64,000 nt of DNA. It comes from an uncultured Pseudomonadota bacterium (GTDB taxonomy: Bacteria; Myxococcota_A; Polyangia; Fen-1088). Under the pieces are notes generated by a model. That model worked only from the letters and a program-made list of their open reading frames with translations, was not told where the DNA came from and searched no databases. The stretch lies in the NCBI GenBank assembly GCA_963847705.1, contig CAWKBC010000010.1:96001-160000 (forward strand), written 5' to 3'. Numbering within the stretch: position 1 is the stretch's first letter; every line of letters begins with the position of its first letter. Both the position numbers and the translations under genes were made by a program. Positions 51,938 to 59,889 of this stretch are shown here, piece by piece.

Positions 51938-54685
51938 ATGGATCGCACGGTTGAGACGACTGCGACGAAGGGGACCCGCCGCTGGTGGTTCACCACCCTC
52001 CTGGTCCTTTCTCTGTTCACGTTCGGAGGGATCTACTCCCTCTTGGCGCTGGGACGCGCTCACGCCTGGGTCGCGCACACGGACGAGGTGCGCGTGGTCC
52101 TCGCGGATCTGCAGTCGACCCTGGTCGACGCCGAAAGCGGGATGGGCGGCTATGCCGTGGGGGGCGAGCCCACCTTCCTGGAGGCGTACAATCGCGCGCG
52201 CGCGACCTGGGGGGCCCAGTTCGAGCGTCTGAGAGCCCTCACCCGAGACAACCCAGCCCAGCAGGAGCGGCTCGATCAGCTGGGCGCTCTCCTGGGCGAA
52301 CGCTTCACCCTTCTGGAAGAGCTGCGCTCTGCGCGCCAAGCAGGGCACCAGGGTTCCGAGCTCACTCCGGCGATGAAAGAAGGCGGTCGTGCCACCGAGC
52401 GGGTCCGAACCCTCGTTCACGCGATGGATCAGGAGGAGAGCCGCCTCGAGGAGGCTCGCCAGCATGACGCTCTCAATCGATGGCGCTGGACGATGGTCCT
52501 CTTCATCGGCGGCGCCTTCGCGTTCTCGCTCGTCGTTTTCACCATCTCCGGCCGCCGCCGGGAGGCTGAGGCGCGCCGGTTGCGCGCCGAAGAGCTCTCC
52601 CGAACCAGCGAGCTGTTTCGCATCGTCCTGCAGGGCACCGATCTCGGCGTCACCGTCCAGGATCCGAGCGGACGGCTGGTCTACGCCAACGACGCGGCTG
52701 CGCGGCTGGTGGGATTCGCCGCGCCGAGCGAGCTCTTGGCCGCCCCGCCCGCGGAGCTCATCGCTCGCTTCAACCTCCTCACCTTCGAGGGCACGCCGGT
52801 TTTACCCGACCAGCTCCCGGGCAGAGCGGTGCTCCAGGGCGGCAGCCCCCCGGAGATGCGGCTTCGATTCAAGGTTCTGGGGACCACCGAGGAGCGCTGG
52901 GCGGTGGTGCGGGCCGTCCCCGCCCGCGACCTGACCGGCGAGGTCATCTACGCCATCAATTTTTTCCGTGACGTCAGCGAGGAGATCCGCGACGCGCACC
53001 AGCGCGCCTTCCTGCTCCGCGCCGTCGATGAAATGTCCTCCTCGCTCGACTACGAAAAGACGCTGGCCACGGTGGCGCGTCTGGCCGTCCCCGTGCTGGC
53101 GGACTGGTGCGCCATCGATCTCCTCGACGGTGGCGCGAGGAAGCGGCTCGCGGTGGCGCACGTCGACCCGGCAAAGCTGGACTTCGTGGCAGCCCTGGAG
53201 CAGCGCTATCCACCCGATCCCCATTCGCGGACCGGCGTTCCCCAGATCCTTCGCACCGGCAAAGCCGAGCTCATTCCCCACATTCCGCGGGAATTGCTCA
53301 TCGCCGCGGCCGTCGACGAGGAGCACCTCCGGCTCATCGACGAGCTCCAGCTCGGCTCGTACATCGGCGTTCCCCTGAAGGTTCGCGGCCAGGTCATCGG
53401 CGCCCTCACCATGGTCATGGCCGAATCGAACCGGCGCTACTCCCGGAGAGATCTGGAGCTGGCGCAAGCCCTGGCCGACCGCTCCGCGCTGGCGATCGAC
53501 AACGCCAGAATGTTTCGCGAGCTCGAGACGGCGCGCATGGTGGCCACGGTGCAGCGCGATCAGAGCGAGGAGCGTTTCAGCCTGATGGTGGGGAGCGTCA
53601 AGGACTACGCGATCTTCATGCTCGATCCCAAAGGCATCGTCACGACCTGGAACGCCGGCGCTCAGCTCATCAAGGGATATCGTCCCGAGGAGATCATCGG
53701 CCGTCACTTCTCCTGCTTCTACAGCAAGGAGGAGGTCCTGGCCGGGAAGTGCGAGCGGGAGCTGGCGATCGCCGACCGGGAAGGTCGCTTCGAGGAAGAG
53801 GGATGGCGGGTACGCAAGGACGGGTCACGCTTCTGGGCCAACGTGGTCCTCACCGCGGTCAGAGACGCCCGCGGCGAGCTGCGCGGGTTTGCCAAGGTCA
53901 CCCGCGATCTCACGGAGCGCAGGCGCTCCGAGGGCGAGCTGGCCTTCGAGGCGCGGCGCCGGCTGGAAGCGGAGAATCAGACGCGCTTCGCCGAAATGTT
54001 CATCGGGATCTTGGGGCACGATCTGCGCAACCCCCTCAACGCCATCTCGATCGGCGCCGCGCTCATCAAGCGCAAGGGAATCGCCGATGCTCGCGTCCTG
54101 GAGCGAATTCTGCAAAGCAGCGAGCGTATGTCCAACATGGTCGGCCAGCTCCTCGACTTGACGCGCACCCGGCTGGCCGGGGGGATCCCCATCGAGAGGA
54201 GATCGGCCGGCTTCCGGGCGATCGTGGCGGGCGCCATCGAAGAGCTCCAGCTGGTCTACCGCGATCGAGACATCCAGCTGGAGACCGGCGAGGAGATCGA
54301 GGGCCTGTGGGATACCGATCGTCTGACCCAGGTCGTCTCGAACCTGGTCGGAAACGCGCTGGAGCACGGCGCGCCGGACCGGCCCGTCACGGTTCGCCTG
54401 TCAACCGACGACGACCTGGTCCGGTTCTCGGTGCACAGCTTCGGCCCGCCGATCCCGCCGGAGGTCCTTCCCCTGATCTTCGACCCCTATCGCCGGACCA
54501 GCGCGCGCAGCGGCCGGTCGAAGGGGCTCGGCCTCGGCCTCTTCATCACCCAGCAGATCGTCCTGGCCCATGGGGGTCGACTCGATTGCCGGTCGACGGG
54601 CGAGGACGGGACGACCCTGACGGTGGTGTTGCCGCGCGGCGCCGACGGAGAAATTTCGCCAGCGCCGGAGGCCCTGGTATCGTGA
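51938..54685 (+). CDS. Sensor histidine kinase CHASE3-PAS-GAF-PAS-HisKA-HATPase
   Basis: DAESGMGGY (CHASE3), VPVLADWC (GAF), DYAIFMLD...WNAGAQ...RKDGSRFWA (PAS), GHDLRNPL. Confidence 0.93.
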   Translation: MDRTVETTATKGTRRWWFTTLLVLSLFTFGGIYSLLALGRAHAWVAHTDEVRVVLADLQSTLVDAESGMGGYAVGGEPTFLEAYNRARATWGAQFERLRALTRDNPAQQERLDQLGALLGERFTLLEELRSARQAGHQGSELTPAMKEGGRATERVRTLVHAMDQEESRLEEARQHDALNRWRWTMVLFIGGAFAFSLVVFTISGRRREAEARRLRAEELSRTSELFRIVLQGTDLGVTVQDPSGRLVYANDAAARLVGFAAPSELLAAPPAELIARFNLLTFEGTPVLPDQLPGRAVLQGGSPPEMRLRFKVLGTTEERWAVVRAVPARDLTGEVIYAINFFRDVSEEIRDAHQRAFLLRAVDEMSSSLDYEKTLATVARLAVPVLADWCAIDLLDGGARKRLAVAHVDPAKLDFVAALEQRYPPDPHSRTGVPQILRTGKAELIPHIPRELLIAAAVDEEHLRLIDELQLGSYIGVPLKVRGQVIGALTMVMAESNRRYSRRDLELAQALADRSALAIDNARMFRELETARMVATVQRDQSEERFSLMVGSVKDYAIFMLDPKGIVTTWNAGAQLIKGYRPEEIIGRHFSCFYSKEEVLAGKCERELAIADREGRFEEEGWRVRKDGSRFWANVVLTAVRDARGELRGFAKVTRDLTERRRSEGELAFEARRRLEAENQTRFAEMFIGILGHDLRNPLNAISIGAALIKRKGIADARVLERILQSSERMSNMVGQLLDLTRTRLAGGIPIERRSAGFRAIVAGAIEELQLVYRDRDIQLETGEEIEGLWDTDRLTQVVSNLVGNALEHGAPDRPVTVRLSTDDDLVRFSVHSFGPPIPPEVLPLIFDPYRRTSARSGRSKGLGLGLFITQQIVLAHGGRLDCRSTGEDGTTLTVVLPRGADGEISPAPEALVS

Positions 54686-55044
54686 GGGCGGTGGCCGCCA
54701 AGCCCGAATCCGTGGTGCTCGTCGTCGAGGATGAAGCAGAGTCGCGCGAAACGCTGAGAGAGCTCCTGGAGCTCGAGGGTTACAAGGTTGAGACGGCGTC
54801 CGACGGAAGAGCGGCGCTCGAGCTCCTGGAGACCATCGACCCCTGCATCGTTCTGCTGGATCTGTTCATGCCCGTCATGGACGGCTGGCAGCTGATCGAT
54901 CGGCTCCGAACCGACGGGCGCCTGGGAAGGATGAACGTCCTGATCATCACCTCCGCGGGACATCGGGCGCCCTCCGGCCTCCCCGTGCTGCAGAAGCCCC
55001 TCAACATCGACAAGCTGATCAGCACCATCGAAGCCGTCTGCTGA
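54682..55044 (+). CDS. Single-domain response regulator
   Basis: VLVVEDE, LLDLFMPVMDG, IITS, LQKP; GTGA overlap with the kinase stop. Confidence 0.9.
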   Translation: MRAVAAKPESVVLVVEDEAESRETLRELLELEGYKVETASDGRAALELLETIDPCIVLLDLFMPVMDGWQLIDRLRTDGRLGRMNVLIITSAGHRAPSGLPVLQKPLNIDKLISTIEAVC

Positions 55045-55098
55045 GATACGGACGACGAACGCGAGCGCCTGCGGCCCCCGCGTTCGCCTCCGCCCCGA

Positions 55099-55299
55099 CT
55101 ACTTGTCGGTCTCGGTCTTGGTCTCGGTCTTGGTGTCGGTCGAACCGGTACCGTCAGCCTTCTTCTTCGACTTCTTCGTCTTCTTGGTGGTCTTGGTCGT
55201 CGTCGTATCGCCAGCCGGCGCGTCCTCGGCCTTGGCGACGGTCCAGGTGGCGGGAAGGAGAACGGCGAGTCCGAGGAAAACGAGACGTACGAGGTTCAT
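55099..55299 (-). CDS. Small secreted Lys/Thr-rich low-complexity protein
   Basis: RBS AAGGAG; signal peptide ending AKA; mature part EDAPAGDTTTTKTTKKTKKSKKKADGTGSTDTKTETKTETDK. Confidence 0.78.
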   Translation of the reverse strand: MNLVRLVFLGLAVLLPATWTVAKAEDAPAGDTTTTKTTKKTKKSKKKADGTGSTDTKTETKTETDK

Positions 55300-55438
55300 G
55301 GGCTTTGCTCCTTGATGTTGGATGGTGGTACTGCCCGAAGACCATAGTGTCGATCCTGTAGATGTGAACCCCGGCCAAGGTCGAAAACGGTCCGCAAAAG
55401 GCGGGGAGAAATGATCATCTTCCGATCCGGGGTTTGAA

Positions 55439-55864
55439 ATGGCCAAGCTCACGCACACCAAGATCGTCGCGCTCGACCACATCAGCTGTGCCGTTCGCGA
55501 CCTCAAGGCCGCCCGGAAGTTCTACGGCACGGCGCTGGGCGCGATCGGCATGAGGATCAACCTGGACGTCTCCTCGGCGTTCGGCATGGGCTCGCGCAAC
55601 GAGAAGGTGTTCTGGTTGACCCGCGATCGGCGCGCTGCCGGCGACGGACACTACGCCTTTCGGGTCGATCACCGCGAAGAGGTCGACGCCTTCTACGCCG
55701 CGGCGATGGGAGCCGGGGGCAAGGACAACGGCAAGCCCGGTCTGCGCCCCGACTACGGGCCCAGCTATTACGCGGCCTTCGTCAAGGACAGCGAGGGGAA
55801 CAACATCGAGGTGGTTTGCTATGCGCGGCCCCGGCGCCGCGCTTCCGCCCGCAAGCGCCGGTGA
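55439..55864 (+). CDS. VOC/glyoxalase family protein
   Basis: LDHISCAVRD, HYAF, GGKDNGKPGLRPDY, YYAAFVKDSEGNNIEVVC. Confidence 0.92.
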   Translation: MAKLTHTKIVALDHISCAVRDLKAARKFYGTALGAIGMRINLDVSSAFGMGSRNEKVFWLTRDRRAAGDGHYAFRVDHREEVDAFYAAAMGAGGKDNGKPGLRPDYGPSYYAAFVKDSEGNNIEVVCYARPRRRASARKRR

Positions 55865-55891
55865 GCAGCGCCGTCCTGGCCTGAACGAGCG

Positions 55892-56335
<444 letters not shown>

Positions 56336-56389
56336 GGCCGCTAAGGTAAGCACTGATTCCCGGACCGGGCGCCGCACCGAGGCCGAGGC

Positions 56390-58177
56390 TCAAGGGGAGG
56401 TCGTCGCGGCCGGAGCCACCAGGTACTTGGCGACGTACTGCGCACGCCCGGTCATGAAGTAGCCGACCTGTTGCTGGTACATCGCCACGTCGTCGTTGCT
56501 GTAGGGCTTCTTGCTGTCCATCGCCACATAGGAAGCGATCTGCGCCGCCACCCGCTGCATCTCGCCTGACCAGTTGAGCTGCGTGGCCGTCCCCACGATC
56601 TCGTTCAGCTGGGCCGAGAAGTCCTGGAAGCACGACGAGGATGAGGCGCAGGCCTGGGCCAGCACCGATTTGACCTGGTTGATGAAATCGAAGTCGGCCG
56701 TCGAGAACGCGTCGTTGATCCCTTCGGGAATGAAGTAGAGCTGATGGGTGGTGGGATCGGCGTAGGTGCCGGCGTTGGCGCCCACCGGCTCGGGATCGGG
56801 CGCGTAAGGCCAGCCGCCCCAGTGGCCGGTCAGCACCATCAGCGCCCAGTAGCGATCGAATTCGTGCAGGTTGACGAACTGGCCGGCCGCCGCGATCGCC
56901 GTGTCCGCGGGCGTCATCTGCAGCGCCGCCGTGGCGCCGTTGATCAGGGTCAGGTCGTTGGTGCCGTCCTGCAGCTCGAAGTCCGAGATGTACGCGGGCT
57001 GAAAGTCGGCGTAGTTGATGGTGTAGACCGGGCCGCTCGCATCGGGGAAGTAGTAGGCCATCAGCTGCTCCTTGGGCTCCTCGACGGTGGCGTAGAGGCC
57101 GAGCGGCGCGCCGTTCATCGTCACCCACGCGTGATTGCAGCGCGAGGTGGGGACGCTGCCGATCTGCCGCCCGATCCAGTAGGCCAACCGCTCGTGCAAC
57201 ATCGAGGGGTCGGTCGTCATGTTGTTGAGCAGGAACTCCTTCAGCCCGAAGAACTTGGCGCCCGAGACGAACTTGTTGACGTTCACCCGAAAGCCCGGCT
57301 TGCCGTCGATCGGCTGGAACGAAGAGGTCCCCTTGAGGTTGACGCCCACCGGACCGTAGGAGCGCCCCTCGTAGACCAGCGAAGCCTGGACCCAGGTGTC
57401 GGGCGCCGCGCGCAGTGACGCAATGTTGTCGTCGGAAATCTCCAGATCGAACTGCGGGATGAGGTCATAGCCGAGCACGCGATCGCTCATGTCGCCGGCC
57501 GCCGGGACCGCCTCGGGGGGAGCGGCGGCGGCTTGCGGTGGGAACGGTTGCCCGCTGCCGGTGGGGTTGGCCGCTCCGGGTGAGACGTTCCATTCGCTGA
57601 TCCAGCTCCCCGAACCATCTGGCTCGCGCGCGGCGGAGATATCGGTCGCCTGGGCCCCGTAGGTCAGACGATCGATGAACGACCCATCGGGGCGCGCCAA
57701 CGCCAGGCTCCCACCCATCTGCGACAGGAGCACCCCGAGATGGGTCGGCCCAGCCGAGGCATCTCCGTCGGCCCAGAGGATGAGGTGCCCGCCCGCCGGC
57801 GCCACGACGCCCGCTGGCAGCGTCGCTTTCCCGGGCGCGGTGAAATCGTCGGTGATCCCGTAACCGGCGAGCGCGATGTCTTGCCCGGTCGGATTGTAGA
57901 TCTCGATCCAGGGCGAGGCAGCGCCGCGGTCATCCCTCACGGTCAGCACGTTGTCGGGCATGAGCTCGTTGAGGGTCAGCTGCCCGTCGATGCTGGGGTC
58001 GACGGGCGGTCCGGCGTCGGGAGCCGCGCCAGCCGCGCCCGAATCGACCGCGCCCGTCGCGCCGCCAGGCCCCACCTGCCCGGGAGTCGCGGCGCCACCG
58101 CCACCGCACCCTCCGGCGACGAGCGCCGCCGCAAGCCCAACCATTCCCGCCACCCGGACCAGCTTCCGAGACCCCAT
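56390..58177 (-). CDS. CotH-family lipoprotein with lamin-tail domain; catalytic motifs degenerate (probable pseudokinase)
   Basis: Lipobox-like VAGGC; LTD (LNELM...WIEIYN...LILWADG); CotH features VGVNLKGTSSF, DPSMLHE, GLYATVEE; HWGGW and PEGIND in place of NxD and WDxD. Confidence 0.85.
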   Translation of the reverse strand: MGSRKLVRVAGMVGLAAALVAGGCGGGGAATPGQVGPGGATGAVDSGAAGAAPDAGPPVDPSIDGQLTLNELMPDNVLTVRDDRGAASPWIEIYNPTGQDIALAGYGITDDFTAPGKATLPAGVVAPAGGHLILWADGDASAGPTHLGVLLSQMGGSLALARPDGSFIDRLTYGAQATDISAAREPDGSGSWISEWNVSPGAANPTGSGQPFPPQAAAAPPEAVPAAGDMSDRVLGYDLIPQFDLEISDDNIASLRAAPDTWVQASLVYEGRSYGPVGVNLKGTSSFQPIDGKPGFRVNVNKFVSGAKFFGLKEFLLNNMTTDPSMLHERLAYWIGRQIGSVPTSRCNHAWVTMNGAPLGLYATVEEPKEQLMAYYFPDASGPVYTINYADFQPAYISDFELQDGTNDLTLINGATAALQMTPADTAIAAAGQFVNLHEFDRYWALMVLTGHWGGWPYAPDPEPVGANAGTYADPTTHQLYFIPEGINDAFSTADFDFINQVKSVLAQACASSSSCFQDFSAQLNEIVGTATQLNWSGEMQRVAAQIASYVAMDSKKPYSNDDVAMYQQQVGYFMTGRAQYVAKYLVAPAATTSP

Positions 58178-58191
58178 GCGTTTCACCCCAA

Positions 58192-58207
58192 AGCAACTCC
58201 GCTGCCA
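58192..58207 (-). promoter_or_regulatory. Sigma54 -24/-12 promoter element for the minus-strand cotH
   Basis: Minus strand TGGCAGCGGAGTTGCT: TGGCA...TTGCT with exact GG-N10-GC spacing. Confidence 0.65.
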
Positions 58208-58334
58208 GCGATCGGTGCGGGAAGACCGCAAAAAATTCCGGTTCGGTGCCCGCCGGCCCAGCGCCCGTTACGGCGCCGGAACATTCGGGCATCGCCCCAG
58301 CGTCGCGGTCCGCAAGACGTACGACTTCTCACCT

Positions 58335-58350
58335 AGGCATCCGCTTTGCT
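58335..58350 (+). promoter_or_regulatory. Sigma54 -24/-12 promoter-like element for the plus-strand cotH operon
   Basis: AGGCATCCGCTTTGCT: GG-N10-GC with TTGCT, 18 nt before ATG 58369. Confidence 0.5.
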
Positions 58351-58368
58351 CAGGTCTCACGAAGCGCA

Positions 58369-59871
58369 ATGCGGAACCTGTCTTTGCTGGTCGTCACGGC
58401 GCTGATTGCCGGTTGCGGCGGAGGGGCCGCGCCGCCCGGCGGAGGCGGCGCCGGCGGAGCGACCGACGCAGGCGCGGCCTCCCAGACCGGAGGCGCGGGG
58501 GTGGGCGGCACCGCTGACGGGGGCGGTGGGCTCGCCTGCGCCGACCTCTTCGACGAGGGGACGCTGCAGACCTATTCGGTCGACATCAGCGCCGACGAAT
58601 GGTCGGCCCTCGAGGCCGAGTTCAACAACCTGAGCGCGCTGGAGAGCGGCGCGGACTTCGCGGTCTACCACCCGGTGACGTTTCACCTCGGAAGCGAGAC
58701 CGTGACCGACGCGGCGATCAAGCTGCACGGTCAGTCTTCCTGGGCGCAGACCGTCATGTTCGACGGCGAGCGCGCCAAGATGCAGTTCTCGGTGTCGTTC
58801 GATCAGACCGACCCGAACGGCAAGTTCCACGGTGTCAGCAAGCTGGTGTTCGACATGCCGCGCTCGGACTGGACCTTCTTGCACGACCGGGTCTCCGAGC
58901 ACTGGCTGCGGCAGGCTGGCCTCCTCGCCCCCTGCTCGACCAGCGCGCGGCTGGAGATCAACGGCGCCTACTACGGCCTCTATTCTCTGGAGGAGAACGT
59001 GGGCAACCACGTGGTCGCCGAGTTCTTCCCCCAAAACCCGTCCGGCGATCTCTGGAAGGGGGCGGCCGAGATCGAGACCAACAAGGCGGCCCCCAACTAC
59101 GCCCGCCTGCTGCAATTCGACGGCGCCCAGGATCTGACCTCTCTCGCGGCGATCGTCGACATCCAGGATTCGATCACCTCCTGGGGCGCGGAGGCGCTGC
59201 TCAACGACTCGGACGGCTATTACGGCGGCTCACACAACTTCTATCTCTACGATCAGGGCGCGGCCGGCTATGTCTTTCTCTCGACCGATCTCGACGCGAC
59301 GCTCGACTGGCTGGTGACGTTCGATACCGCCGGCGTCACCGACCACCCGGTCTACTGGTGGTTCACCCGCGCCATGCCGGCCCCGATCCCCGGCGACAAA
59401 TGGATGATCGTCTTCGCCGACCCCGGCTGGCGCGCCAGGTACGCCGAGGCGATCGCCGGCCTGCTGGCGAAGTGGGATGTGGCTGAGATTCAGGGGTGGA
59501 TCGACAGCTGGTCGCAGCAGATCTCCGACGCGGCGGCGACCGATCCGCACACCTGGGCCACCCCCGCCGAAATTCAAGAGGCCACGCAAACAGCCCGGGA
59601 CGTGATCGCCAGCCGCGCCGCCTACCTGCAGACCTTCGTCGATTGTGAGCGGGGCGTGGCCAGCGCGGCGACCGATGCCGATGGCGACGGCTACCGCTGG
59701 TGTGACGAGTGCGACGACCAGAGCGCCGCCGTGCATCCGGGGGCGCCGGAGATCTGCGGCAACGGAATCGACGACAACTGCAATGGCCTGATCGACGAGG
59801 GGTGCGGCGCGGATGGCGGCGCCGACGGCGGCCTGGGTGGCGGCCTGGATGCGGGCGGGGACGCCCGATGA
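58369..59871 (+). CDS. CotH kinase family lipoprotein with C-terminal Cys/Asp-rich putative metal-binding motif
   Basis: Lipobox IAGC; IKLHGQSSW, YYGLYSLEE, GDLWKG, LNDSDGY...HNFYLY, STDLD; C-terminal DADGDGY..CDD...VHPGAPEICGNGIDDNCNGLIDEGC. Confidence 0.88.
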   Translation: MRNLSLLVVTALIAGCGGGAAPPGGGGAGGATDAGAASQTGGAGVGGTADGGGGLACADLFDEGTLQTYSVDISADEWSALEAEFNNLSALESGADFAVYHPVTFHLGSETVTDAAIKLHGQSSWAQTVMFDGERAKMQFSVSFDQTDPNGKFHGVSKLVFDMPRSDWTFLHDRVSEHWLRQAGLLAPCSTSARLEINGAYYGLYSLEENVGNHVVAEFFPQNPSGDLWKGAAEIETNKAAPNYARLLQFDGAQDLTSLAAIVDIQDSITSWGAEALLNDSDGYYGGSHNFYLYDQGAAGYVFLSTDLDATLDWLVTFDTAGVTDHPVYWWFTRAMPAPIPGDKWMIVFADPGWRARYAEAIAGLLAKWDVAEIQGWIDSWSQQISDAAATDPHTWATPAEIQEATQTARDVIASRAAYLQTFVDCERGVASAATDADGDGYRWCDECDDQSAAVHPGAPEICGNGIDDNCNGLIDEGCGADGGADGGLGGGLDAGGDAR

Positions 59872-59889
59872 GAAACGAAAAGGGGTCGG

